Assembly: GCA_001642005.1 (NCBI GenBank)
Contig: LWCA01000085.1
Location: forward strand, 1 to 56,547
Length of the DNA stretch: 56,547 bases
Reading direction: 5' to 3'
Origin: Intoshia linei
Lineage: Eukaryota; Animalia; Orthonectida
A model generated the notes under the pieces. It had not been told where the DNA came from and made no database searches. It saw only the letters and a list, made by a program, of their open reading frames with translations. Below, piece by piece: positions 36,284 through 49,849 of this stretch. A program made the translations under genes and the position numbers. Positions within the stretch are counted from its first letter, which is position 1. The number at the start of each line of letters is the position of its first letter.

Positions 36284-39200
36284 ATGAATTCTCAGAACCC
36301 ATCTCCAATAAAACCTGTTAATTTGAATAATAATGAGGAATCATACAAATTGCTATACAACTCATTTTTAAAAAAAGATTCTCTGCACATATTTTGTCAA
36401 TATTTTCCTTCATTATGTGAAAAAGCTGAAAAATATATAAAATTACATAGTGACATTATCAAATTTAATACAAATAGCGTACATTCCAAAACAGGTATTT
36501 TAATAACTATGGAAGAAGTTTTAACACAAGACATACACAAAATATTATGTAAATTGGAAATACCAATGTTATCGAATAATGCAATGTTAATATCTCTGTG
36601 TTTAGAAAGTTTTCGCAATGATTTTAAAAAAATGAAAAGTACAGTCAAATGTGACCAAGATTCTACCAACATAACAGCGCCATTCTCAAAACTCAACATA
36701 AACAAAAAGACACGTTCATATAGTCTGTTTGTCACTTCAGACAACTCACATCGACCTTGGTTTAGATCAAATTCTTATACTTCCGGTGTAAATATGGAAA
36801 AAAAACGAAAAAAGAAAAACAATATACTATTAATGAGTAATTTACCAATTGGAAATTCAAATCCAAGTTTAGTGTCAGATTTATTTGATCCTGACCGATA
36901 TAAAAAGTTTATAATTAGATCCAAACACAAAAGAGATTCCTCGCTGAGCACTATTCATCGAGGGTTAAATATGACATCGCGAACTAATTCACCTGACCCA
37001 AGAACGTTTATACCGTCAAAAATGGACAGCGACTTTTCTTTGAACAGCAGTCTAAGCCAAGAACACGAATTTTTGAAAAGAACTACGACTTTTCGAAACT
37101 CTACAACTGGTCACAAGAGTTGGTTATTGAATATGTTCAACACTAGAATCTCTAATCACGGCAGTTGTGAAAGTTTACAACCGGTCAATCAAAAGGTAAA
37201 TTCTAGTATGGATAGTAACCAAGACAACATTAAATTACTTGATGATTATGCGGTTGAAGCAGCTACAGATGATTATTTGTCTCAAATTAAAAATCTAAAT
37301 ATGACTTTCCGTCAAAAATTTCCTACTGCAATTTCCAAGATGGAAAAAAGCATTGAAGATTTTATTAAAGAACCAGGTTCCTGGAATATTTTAAGCGACC
37401 CAAGTTCTAGTTTTATATTAACCCAGTTAAGAAATATTGCAGCATCAATTCAGTTGGAATCTAAAGAAAATAAATTGTCATACCATCATTTTTTTGAAGC
37501 GATAAGAGAAATCAAAGAAATTGTTTCCAATATAGTTAAATCGCAAAATACTAATCTTGCTTCCTGTCATGAAATTATTAAAAAGGCGAATGACTTGTTA
37601 TTTGTATTTTCAAAACCGTCGCGACTTTTACAGTGTTTAGAATTTGATCCTTTTGATTTTGTTTCGTCTGTGAATATGGCTGATGAAGAAGCAAAATTAC
37701 GACTTTCTATGAACGGTGAATCTTTTTCCAAAATTCCATCTGTGATAATTGATAAATTGGGAATGATGAACAAAAACGAAAGTACCATAAATATTGATAA
37801 GTCAGTTAAAAACGTTAAATTGACCAAGCGATTTAACAGAGAACGTAATATTGAACAATACGAATTTATCAAAATTATAAGCAATGGTGCGTACGGAAGT
37901 GTATCATTGGTAAGGTCGACTAGAAATAACGAATACTATGCTCTGAAACGTATTTCAAAACAAAGTATAGCGTTTAATAATCAAATGGAACAAGTTATTT
38001 CCGAACGCGACATTATGCACATTGCTAGACACCCCTGTGTTGTTCATCTTATTTGCTCATTTGAAACACCTAATGCTCTTAATTTGGTCATGGAGTATAT
38101 ACAAGGTGGCGATTGTCGTACATTTTTAGAGCGTATTGGTGTTTTTCCTGTTGAATACGCTCGCCAATACGTATCAGAAGTTGTGTTGGCTTTAGAATAT
38201 ATTCATTCTCTCGGAATCGTGCATAAGGTATCAATATTATTCATATTAATATAAAATTTTCCATCGTAATACAGAAATACACTATAATATATATTCAGTA
38301 CCAATTAAATAAATACTTAAAAATACCAATTATGTATCAATAATTATAGGAAATTTTCACTTTATAAACATCTCAGGCGAATTTTACTAATATTGCAAAG
38401 GATTGTAATAAAAATGATAATAACAAAGTTGTATTACTTTTAGTAGTCGTAGTTTTTATTTAAATTTTATACTAAATGTTTTAAAAATGAAAATTTGAGA
38501 TTTCAAAATTGCTTAGCGATGAAAAAAATTTTGAAGGAATGAATTATGTACATTTTCACTCATATTTATTTATTGGAAATGAGTAGACGTTCAATGCACA
38601 TTTTTTTGAAATTGTAGGATCAATATTTACAAAATTATAATAATCAATAAATTTATATGTATGTAATCTATGTAATAGATGTATATAATTTTTATGGACC
38701 CTGTTGAAAATGTTTGTCCTAAAGAATAATATCATTGTGTAATTGAATCAGTTTTTTGTATACAATTTAAATTTAGTTTTTAAAAAATATAATATTTTCT
38801 CGCGGGTTTAACCTGTTTATTTTTAGTGTAAATGAATCTATGTAAAATAATTTATTTACATTAATTTTAGGATATGAAACCAGAAAATTTATTGATAACA
38901 CGAACGGGGCATATAAAATTGACAGATTTTGGATTGTCAAAAATAGGTGCTATTTTTAAAATGACATGCTATGAATTGGAAACTGATCCTTTCAATGACG
39001 GTAAAATAATTGGAACACCAGAATATATTGCACCAGAAGTTATATTGACTACTGGTTATGGGCCACCTGTTGATTGGTGGGCACTTGGAGTTATATTACA
39101 TGAATTTGTGATAGGTGAAACACCGTTTCACGCTAATTCTCCAAAAAACGTATTTTTAAATATTTTATATAAAGATTTATCACTAATTGGAATTAAAAGT

Positions 39201-40590
39201 ACGAGTTTAAGTGACCCAGAGGCACAAGAAAATGATGAAATTCCCAAGTGTAACATTTGGGAGGATATTTCTAATGATTGTGTATTATTGATTAAAGAGT
39301 TGTTGATAAGAAACCCTTTGTATCGCTTGGGAGGCATTCGAGACGACGATTTTAACCGCGAACTAGTAGCCAGTGCTTCTAATAGTACCAGTGGTTTTCT
39401 TCGAAAAACAATTAAAAACCATGATTTTTTCAAATCGGTTATTTGGAAAAATGTTATTGAAAAAGAGGCTCTATTTATTCCTAAAATTGATTGTGTTTCT
39501 GATACTAGTTATTTTGAAGACAGAAATGAAAGATATAATCATGGCGAATTTGACAGTGAAACAGATGATAATGCAGATATATTGTCCAGTAGTTTTACCT
39601 GTGTAGCCGAAAAAGACGATAATTCTAATAAGTCAAAAACAAAAATTACAAACCAATATGTTCCTATTCTATCTACTCTTGATAAATACAGAAGTGGATA
39701 TAATCTTAGTGCATCTTTTGATGAAAAAACTAATGAAAAATATTTACCATCTCCAGAATCTGTTGGGTCAATGAATTTATCATCTAGTGAGATAAAATGG
39801 TAATTTTTTTTTTTTCCGTATTACTTTTTTTAGTAAAAATGTAACCAAATTCTCTAATGATACGGCATTCCGTACATATTTGAATAAAAATGTTGGTAAC
39901 ATTAGCAGAAAACCGCAGATCAAGCGCAACAAAAGCGTCATTACTAAAACCCCTCTTCTCGACCAATTAAAACAAAGTTTATTATATGTTTATTAATATT
40001 TATATAATTATTTTAGCACTAAACAAACAGTATAGTGACTCAGGAAACAGCTCTAGAGACGAAACGCCTCCTCCATTGGTTATTAAAACTCCTTTTACTA
40101 ATTCATTAAGTAAATCAAAAAGTTATCACTTTAAAAGTCAATCAGCCCGCCCTACATCAGCTATAGATGTTCATCGCAATGCCGTACCTTTGGCAAATTT
40201 TTTTAAAAAGAACAAAATACAATTTATTACCAAAACTTTAAAACTTGTATCGAAAAATAATTATAGTTATGGATTTACTATGAATGGAATTGCAGAATCA
40301 CACGAAAATATTCCAAAATTAATTCACATTAAAAAAAGGTTCAACAAGAATAATGAAAATTCAAAACATATAATCCGACACCATGTCACCGTATATTCAA
40401 TATTTTCATTTGTAAATTTTTTTAGTCTGTTGACGCAAGTGGGCCCGCTTACAAGGCAGGTTTGAGGAAAGGATTCATCATTAGTCACATTGATAATTTT
40501 CCGCTAGATGGTATAAATCATTTTGACGCAGTTCTTCGACTTTTACGGAAAAAGACTATTAAACTTACAGTGATTTGTCCAAATTTTTGA
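36284..40590 (+). CDS. MAST: Microtubule-associated Ser/Thr kinase (DUF1908 region, AGC kinase, PDZ)
   Basis: Exons 36284-38227, 38871-~39799, ~40017-40390 and 40426-40590. Motifs KFPTAISKME, SKPSRLLQCLEFDP, IKIISNGAYGSV, IKLTDFGLSKIG and GTPEYIAPEVIL, then PDZ YGFTM...SVDASGPAYKAGLRKG. Stop TGA at 40588-40590. Confidence 0.95.
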
Positions 40591-40712
40591 GTTGCAAGCG
40601 TTCAACATTGTACAAACCACCCGTTATTGTTAAAACTTATAAATAAATTTTATTATTATAAAATACATACTGTGAATGTATAATACATGGAATTATATTC
40701 CAAAAGGAGAGG

Positions 40713-43700
40713 CTAAATGCTTTCTCGATAATTTGCTTCGGTACAAATAAAGTAGTCATCTAGAAAAGAGTGCAAAAAAGAAAAAGTTGGTCGCACTTCT
40801 GCATTTCTATCCCAGGTTTTAATGACAATTTCGTATAATGATTCTGGGAATTCAGTTTCGTCGGAAGAGGGGTTTGGCATACGATAACCGTTTTCAATCT
40901 TTGCCAAAGTTTCGGCGCCTGACATACCTGGGTATGGTATTCTTCCAAATGTCATGATTTCATATATCAGTATTCCGAAAGACCACACGTCAGATTTTAC
41001 ACTAAAACGACGTTCGAGTGCTGCTTCCGGAGCCGTCCATTTGATTGGAAATTTTGTTGTCTCATTTGCAATGTAAACGTCGTCATCTGTTTGACCATTT
41101 TCTAAAACTTTGTTCATCAATCTGGCTAGACCAAAATCTGCCACTTTAGCAACCAAATTATCACCTATTAAAATATTTGCTGCTCGCAAATCACGATGAA
41201 CATAATTTCTTTCCTCAAGATAGGACATTCCATTTGCAACCTGGGCCGCAATATCAATCATTTGAGTTAGACTTAAATTTCGCCCTCGCTTTTCATCTCG
41301 TAAATAGGCCAATAAAGAACCATGTGGCATAAGTTCTTGTATTATGTAGAGTGGTTCAACAATACTACAAACTCCCATTAATTGCACTAAATTTCTATGT
41401 CTTAGTTTATGCATTATTGCTGCTTCGTGCAAAAACGCCTGAGATGTCATTGAACCACCCTGTTTCATCATTTTCACGGCTACTTTAACTGAATCGCGCC
41501 AAAATCCTAATATAAATGTTTTTAAAATAAATAAAGTTGAAACCTGACCACACTTCACCAAAATTTCCTTCGCCAAGTTTAGTTTGTAATGTTATCAGTT
41601 TTCTGTCTACTTCAATATCTTTAAAAGGCAATGGATCGGGGCTCTGAGTACAGCATATGGTTAATCGAGAGCAGAGACCATCACTGTTATCTAAAATAAT
41701 ACATTATAAACGCTGGTCGATAATTTACTAGAATAGTATTTTATGAGATGATTTAATGATGGGAAGGTTTTTCTAGAACTTATGTAACATCCACCATTTT
41801 CCATACGCCGGATACGATAATGCCGTGTGCTTATTCTAGTTTCATCCTCGTCTAATACACTTAAAACCCAACTTCGATTGTCAGAACTGAGGCGCACTAG
41901 GAATGTGCCTCTGGAGCAGGTTGGTTGTAATAAAAATTTATCAGCTTCACGGCGATCTACGTTAAACCACCATTCTTGAGATTCCGGATTATCGTCATGT
42001 TTTTTTACGTAGTTTGAAGGAATGAACCCACATAGTGAATTTAATGAATTTAAACGTCTAGCATACCACCAATCACAGTTTTCTCTAAAAATATAAATAT
42101 ACTGTGATTTTAATAGTTACGTGTCGCCGACAATTTCCATTATATCCCCTTTTCTAAAAGACAAATCTTCGTCGTGTCGTGCTTGATAATCGTATAGAGC
42201 TCGTACAATTATTACATCTATAAAGTAAATTATTTATATCAATTTAATTCAGTTATTGAAGTCGTTCAAATTTTTGTATTTTAAGGGTTTTCAATTATGA
42301 AAACAATTTTCATTCAAACAAGTTAAAAAAATGGCTAGGTTAAATAGGTATCAAATCTGCAAAGGTCTTACCACCACGTTCTGGCATTAGTACCGGCATT
42401 TTTAGTTTTATTACTGGGAAAATTAAAAAATTAATCTATTTTTGTAAATACATTATTGCAGAGTTACCAGATGTTGGTAATTTATCCCAAAGTCAAGGAA
42501 TATAAAAAATACACTAAAAGTTTTTTTCTAATTAGTATAAACTTATAAATTAGACATTCTATTGTATGGTTCGTAAGTAATGTAAACGTAAGTTTGGTTC
42601 AAAAAAAAATTACTAAAACCCAAAATTAAACTAAAATATTAATGAAAGTTTTACACATTCTACGACTTATCCATTTTTCGGATATAAGAGACGTCCGGTT
42701 ATAAGGGACAAATTGCTTGGTCCCGATGCGTCTCTTATAAGCGGATTCCACTGTATTATATTATTTTAAAAATATTAATTTTTGATAAAATCGGATTTTT
42801 CATAAAAATATGGTAAAAGTGGTTTTTTCTCATAACATATTACTAAATTGCATAAAATATGCTTAAATTTTATCATTCACCTCCAATCATCTAAAATTTT
42901 CGTATTCACCCCCATGAAAAGCATTGCTGTATTTGATTAAATTTTATTTAGAAAGGTGCGGCATTATTAAATTTTTGTAAGACGTTGTGCTGCCTTCGAA
43001 CAGTAAATGCTTCCCATCTCTTTTCCGATACTTTTTTAAAAAATTCGATTTTACCAAACCTTAATATTAAAAACACTTAATCAAACCATAAAATAAAAAA
43101 CAAAATTTTAACAATCATGAAGGAAAAATTAATTTTTCTGAGTACTTAGTTCTAAACATTAAATATTTCTGAGACACACTTGCATTTTTGGTTTATATTT
43201 TATAAATTAGTCATTTATACATTTAAAACAATTTTGCTGGTACCCGAAAATCCATCACTATTGAATATCTTTCATCACGACCCAATGAAACTTGGTGAGT
43301 TAACTTTGATCTTAATTTGATAGACCGGTACGGACAATGAAAAATGTTTACAGATACGGGCTGGTAAGAAAACGAATAATGTGGGCTCGTGCAGGTTCAA
43401 ATCAGAATTACGTCTAAATGTAAAAACTCCAACTGGCCATAAAAGAGAAAAAAATGACAAAATATTTTAGTTTTATTTTAGTCATATTGCCACTCCTTTT
43501 TTCGCAATATTTTCCCACATGATAAATTACCTTTATTTCCATTATACATGTGGGATTCGTTATTTACTCTATCAAAATCTTGAGCTATATAAGTTGGTTG
43601 ACAAGATTCTTTATGGTTAGAGTTTGCATTAATCATAAAAGAATTTCTTGAATTTATATCGGATCCATAAGAATTTTTGATTCGATTTCTCTTACAAAAT

Positions 43701-43921
43701 GAGTTTTTGAATGCATTAGAAGCAAATTGAGCCGAGTAATTTGAATTAATTGAATTTGATATTTGAGCTGGCATACAACGACGATCAGTTTTTGAATATG
43801 ATCCACGACTATTTTCTTTTTCAAAATTTAAATCATTCTTTGTATTTTTTACAATGTATGAATTGTCAAAATTAGAGTCGCAAGTCTTTTTCTTATAATA
43901 GAGTGAGAAACACTCTCCCAT
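40713..43921 (-). CDS. Src: Src-family tyrosine kinase (SH4-unique-SH3-SH2-kinase)
   Basis: Exon 1 (43531-43921) starts MGECFS. SH3 [21 protein letters not shown]...DWWYAR...[10 protein letters not shown]2 WWF...GTFLVRLS, kinase [28 protein letters not shown], and C-terminal regulatory Tyr in TEANYRESI. Confidence 0.96.
42600..42753 (-). mobile_element. One-ended copy of the 49182-49849 MITE in a Src intron
   Basis: GGATATAAGAGACGTCCGGTTATAAGGGACAAATT...GTCTCTTATAAGCGGATTCCACTG|TA is the reverse complement of 49182-49256. Confidence 0.85.
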
Positions 43922-44143
43922 TTAATTTTTAAATAATACAATCATAAATATGAACTGTATCGATGCATTTTTCATCTAACAATAACCGTATTATATAACG
44001 ACGAAACAACTCAAGTAAATAAACTTTCTTTACTAAACATTTTTGTAGACAATGCAATGTAATGGCTGTAAGTTTTTAAGGTTAAATATTATATGTTTGA
44101 AAAATTTAAAGATATAATGATAATTTATTGTACAATATTTACA

Positions 44144-46485
44144 TTATTCAATTTTTGAAATGTTGGATACCATAAAGAATTTTCTAAATGTAATTTTGTA
44201 GTATTCATGTTTATACATTTATATATATATAATTCCCTTACTCTATGTTGAATTGGAATTCATGACTTTTGTGAATATTTTTATGACCAAATCCATTTGA
44301 TTTGTAGTCGTCAAATATTGTTATGGTTTTTTCATGACATTCTCTCGATTTAGCTATGCAATAACACTAAAAATACGTATTAGGTGGGTTCGGTAGTCTA
44401 CGTTTTCCTGTATTTTGAAACAACTTATACTAAAGTTTTGATAAAATTACACCATACTCGAAAAGCCGTGTTAACGGGTTAGTTTTAAGCTAAGTTTTTG
44501 GCTACCCCTTACCTAGCAAGGGGTAGAGGCTATGGAGTCCTGATTATTCTAAAATTTGAAAAACCGGTTAACGAATAATTCCGGTTATTTGAACAACGAT
44601 TATCCGATTAATCGGAATTTAAAATTTTTAACATAAAAACCAATAATCCTTACTTATATAATATGATACACGATTTTTGTTTGTGTGTGTCTTACTTTAT
44701 TTAAATAACTACCCTTCTTAGAATTTTATAAAGTCCACATTTCAATTACAGTTTGCTCCGGGGGTGTTCGCAAACTTAATTTAAACCTCCCAATTTCACA
44801 TCTTACGGGTTAAAAACCCCAGTTGTCCCTCTTTTTGAAAATCAAACGAGTTGGAGAATTTAAAAAGATATATAAGCTGATGCGTATTTTAAAATCATAG
44901 ACATTATCATAAATTTAAATTTAAAAAAATTATATCTTCAGGGCCAAAACTACAAATTACCCTTATTTTTTTAATGAAAACAACCCTAGAATTTAAAAAA
45001 ATTTTAATCCGAATAAGTGATGACTCCACGGTCAAAAAAGCATTTTAGTATTCATATATAAATTTTTGAAAATCTGATTATTCGAAATATATTCCGATTA
45101 TTTTTCTCCGATAATTGTTAACTATTAATCGGATATCATTCCCTAGTAGGGACGGATACAATATTTTTTAAATATTGACGGACAGGTCGAGATAAATTTA
45201 TTTATCGAACCGATTGTAAAACGTTACTGTTGAAGTGTAAGTGTTAATCCATCGATGTGTATCGAATCGTTACAAAAAGTCAAAAATTTACGGCAGATAT
45301 ACAATGTAGGCGGATAATTAAAAATTTTGCGGACACGGGCAGTTCTATGTATATGTATATGTATAACTATATTTAATTGTATGAGTAAATTGGTTACTTA
45401 CACTTCATATATCTAACTATTATTAGAAAAACTATATGCATTAATTAATGAAATAAGTAAACGACTTACATTTTCGCCGAGGTAAAATGGAATGATTTTA
45501 TCGTCTCTTGCATGCATAATCAAAATAGGACATTTTAACCGTTTGAGACTAAAATGTAAGTAAATAAGTGATTTAATATATAAGGAATACATTGATTTAT
45601 TATCAAAAGAAAATTCTATTTTAGATAGTGAGCGTTTGATAATTATTTTCATAAAGAATTTGAGAGGTAAAAATGCCTAAATAGTCACATGAATCAGTAA
45701 ATAAAAAATCTATACCGTGGTAATGGGATGTTCAATTGCAGAACAATAAAGACTGGTAAATGGGCTTTCTAGAACCAAACAATCAACATTCTCTTCTAAA
45801 TAAATGTAAAAAAAACACATACAAACTTACGTCGAATTCTGATACTATTGGACAGTTCACAAGCTACTCTATATAAATGATATAAAAATATTACAACAAT
45901 TACCCTGTTCCCAGTGAATGTCCCCATATTACGATTTTTCGATCATCGCTTAACATGTTTTTTAGCCAATAATATATTCGTAAACTATCAAAGATAATAT
46001 TTTTATATGTTGTGACACCATTCGAATCTCCAAATCCTAAAAAATAACTATACGTTACCTTTACTACTCTTCAAACCTCTATAATCAAAAGTGACAATGT
46101 TGTATCCAATTTCTGATAATTTTTGATAAGTCCCAATTCTTTCACTTCCACCACGATTATTTGTATTACCGTGAAGATATAAAATTAATCCTTTTCCAGA
46201 ATTAAGATAATCTATTCTTGTATATTCATCACAAAAATTATCATTTTCTACGTTTAATGGCGCTGGTAAAATGTGCCATACCCCTAATTTTATACCAGGT
46301 TCAGTTTCAAAATAAGAGTGGATAGTGTTATTTAATCCAAATTCTTTTGGGTTTTTCAAAATATCTGATTTTCTATTTATAAAGTTAAAAAGAACTAGTC
46401 TTTTGAGTAATTCTGGACAAAAGAATAACAGGAAAATTGGCGTTAAATATACTAAAATCAACAAGGTCGCTAATAAAACCAACAT
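44144..46485 (-). CDS. ABHD12: Alpha/beta-hydrolase ABHD12-like (lyso-PS/monoacylglycerol lipase)
   Basis: N-terminal TM, KLGVWHILP, ILYLHGN, FDYRGFGDS, nucleophile IWGHSLGTG, LVLESPFTS, CPILIMHARDDKIIPFYLG and GFGHKNIHKS (catalytic His). Stop at 44144-44146. Confidence 0.93.
44647..45060 (+). mobile_element. Helitron-like repeat, subfamily B copy (ABHD12 intron)
   Basis: A|TCCTTACTTATATAATATG...TTTGTTTGTGTGTGT. Nearly identical to 52546-52900. Confidence 0.75.
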
Positions 46486-47971
46486 TTTTATATATATTTA
46501 AAATAACTTTGTCCTCATTACTGTAACTAACAAAAATTTCAACTCAGTGTACTAACAAATATTGTTGCAACTTGCAAGTTGCAACATTTCTTTTCTAATT
46601 TTAATAGTGCATGTCATATCAGTACACTGGCCAGGGGCCAGTATGATATGCATCAGAAAATATTATTTATTGGACATTGTCACTATATTGATTACGTTTA
46701 CTAATGCGTAAATCTGTTGTTTGATTAATTGCATACGTTTAAATTTGAATTTGAAATTTGTTATTATTTGTATCAATTAGTAATTCAAAATTCAAATTAA
46801 TTTCAAAGTCGTATTGATTGATATAATTAAAATATCTTTAATATCTTATAAAATTCTACAAACAAGATAAAATTTGTATATCTCCGCGAGACATTATGGG
46901 ACTGTTTAGGGGTGAAGGTATAAGATTTTGACATTGAAATATATTAAAATGTTGTTGATTTTATATTATTTATCAGATTGTGTATTTTTTATAATGTTAG
47001 AATTTGTTTGAATTTTAAAAAAGGATAATTGGGTTTTTGACCTTGAAGAACTCAATTTCTGCCTTTACTGATAAAATTATTTTTTTTACTGCCTTTGTAT
47101 ACTTAAATATAATATATATGTACATATTTTAATATAACTTAAATACACTATAAATCAACTTTATATTAGGATTCTACTAATTAAAAATATTCAAGTAAAA
47201 CACTATTTAATTATAATTATTTATCTATTATAAATTAAATTACAATAGTCTAGATTCTCGTCTTCCATAATAATATTATAATACAGTTTAATACGATATA
47301 GTAGAAAATATAAAATAGTATATTATTAAAATAAAATGAAAAAAACCAAATGTATAGATGAATTTATCAATTTAATGTAAAAAAGATAAACTTCTGATAC
47401 ACATCGAGAATTAGTTTCTCTTTTAAATTTAAAATATTTAGTCTTGAGATAGATCGCTCACCTACCTCGTTTGTCAACCGTGCGTCCAATTTCGGTTGAG
47501 AAATAATAGAAATGAATTTTTCCCCCTTTAAGAGACATAATTAGTTCATCGTACATTTTTGATTGATGTATTATTGATACACATTTTTTCCATGCATCAA
47601 ACCAAATATTTAAAACAAAATTACAACATTCCTTAATACCTATGTTTCTAAAACAAAACAAAACATATGCCATTAATGCTAAATTAGTGCGGATTTTTAT
47701 TTTTGATATTTTTAAGTTAGATTTTCTTATTGAATTTATTTTTTTGGTAGAATAAAAAATGTTCGCTGTCGGCAGAGCTAGGTTCTGTTTTTACGTAGTA
47801 CATAACATTCAAACTAGTACAGAATATAAATTCATTAAATTAAAGTAAATATATATTAATAAAGTAATATTTTTGTGTAAATAAAATTTTATACATGCAT
47901 AAATCAAATATTATCACTAATTTCAACTCTTAATTTCAAACTATTCATACGAATTTATTTTTAAAATATAA

Positions 47972-48658
47972 ATGTCCAAGTCGGAAATCACTAAACCAGT
48001 TTTTTGCAAAAAATGCGTGGTAGTGGGTGATGGAGCAGTCGGAAAAACATCTTTACTAATGTCTTTCTCGAAAGATGAATTCCCAGAAGAATACATTCCT
48101 ACAGTTTTTGAAACTTATGTCGTAAAAATGGTATACCATTATGTTTAGTTATGAACCCATTTTAGGATATGGATACATCTATAATCAAGTTATCTTTTTG
48201 GGACACTGCTGGACAAGAAGATTTTGATAGACTTCGAATGCTTTCCTATCCAAATACTGATGTCATTGTGGCAGTATTTTCGGTTGAATTACACACTTCA
48301 TATGAAAATATCGTTGATAAGTGGTATAAAGAAGTTACAATGTATTGCCCAAATTCAATTAAACTCCTGGTAGCATTAAAAATAGACCTACGAGAAAATG
48401 AAGAAACTATAAGATTATTATCACTTAAAAACCTAGAGCCTTTGAAAACCCATCATACTCAACAATTGTGCGAAGAAATAAAATTTGATTCATTTTTTGA
48501 ATGTTCAGCAAAAAGCAAAGAAGGTATTCTTATAATCAAATTTAGGTTTTTATAATCCTTTTAATCGTATTTTAGGAATGGGATCTTTATTCAAGGGTAT
48601 AGCTAGCATGTCTTTTCTAGTAAAAAAAAATAAAAAATGCACATGTACAATTTTATAG
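47972..48658 (+). CDS. Rho: Rho-family small GTPase (RhoA-like, divergent)
   Basis: Exons 47972-48130, 48166-~48523 and 48576-48658. [48 protein letters not shown], and a polybasic CAAX end [11 protein letters not shown]. Confidence 0.95.
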
Positions 48659-49181
48659 TTCTGAATATATTACAAATTAAAAATATTTATATACATGTAT
48701 TTCTCGATTGAATAGGTTAATTACAATTGTAATTCAAAATACCGACCAAATGAAAGTCGAGGAAATTTTTTTTCATAATATTAAATAACTTACTTTTCAC
48801 TTAGATATATTTACAATTTCTACATCATAGGTATTATTCAAAAGCTCCAATTCAGGTTTAATAGATTCAAATTTAGAAAATCCGATTAGTAATTCCACAT
48901 CAATATTCAATCATATATTTATTTTTTATTATTTACCCGTTTTGCAGAATATATTACTAAACATTTACGCGGGCCATATAATTTGATCCCTCGGACCACA
49001 TGCTGACCCGGGTCATGTTTTGGACCACCTTGGTGTAAACTATTAGATAAAGTTGTCATTTTTGTACCATTTGAGCTTTTTCTCAGCACGTTACGTAGCA
49101 ATGTATTGTATTTTAATAAATACACATCTTCAATTAAAGTTTAGAATCATCGTAAAAATAAATAATGTACAAAAAGATATA

Positions 49182-49849
49182 CAGTGGAATCCGCTTATAA
49201 GAGACGCATCGGAACCAAGAAATTTGTCCCTTATAACCGGACGTCTCTTATATCCAAAAAATCATAAATAAATAAAATGTTAAGTAATATATATGTCGTA
49301 TAGAATGTGTAAAACTGAAATGTACACATTGTATGGGCAAGTTGTAGAATATGTATATTTCATTTATATTTTAGTTTAATTTAGGGTTTTAGTATATTTT
49401 TTTTAAACCAAAATTTTAAGGGGGGTTTTTAGGAAATTTTTTTTTAACCAAACTTTCAAGGGGGAGGTTTAAGATTCTTTTTTTGATCACAGTTTTACAC
49501 ATTCTATGCAACATATACTTAATTATTTTTTATTACAGCAATAAAACTAAAAAAATCAAATTTTTTTTCTAATTTTAGTGATTTTTTTAACGCCATTTTG
49601 GAGGTTAAACTTTATTATTAAAACAATTAGTCAAAATATTAAGGTTTCAAAAATCATTTTCTACAATAATATAATAATTTATTTTAAAAAAATCTTGAAT
49701 ATCCATTTTAAAAAACAAATTGCCTGTCCACTATAAGCGGATTTTTGTTCCTTATATCCGTCTGTGATTTATATACAAAACAAGTTTTTGATTCCATTCC
49801 CAACTTTTTGTCCCTTATAACCGGTGTCTCTTATAAGCGGATTCCACTG
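49182..49849. mobile_element. pogo/Tigger-type MITE with perfect 24-bp TIR
   Basis: TA|CAGTGGAATCCGCTTATAAGAGAC...GTCTCTTATAAGCGGATTCCACTG|TA, with subterminal TGTCCCTTATAACCGG repeats. Confidence 0.93.

Noticed and set aside
36397-39606. Antisense and off-frame ORFs within MAST (likewise within OST48, Src and GDI)
   Set aside because: Shadows of real coding exons.
43250-43470. Integrase-like words ([12 protein letters not shown]) in the Src intron
   Set aside because: Multiple stops and too short to assign.
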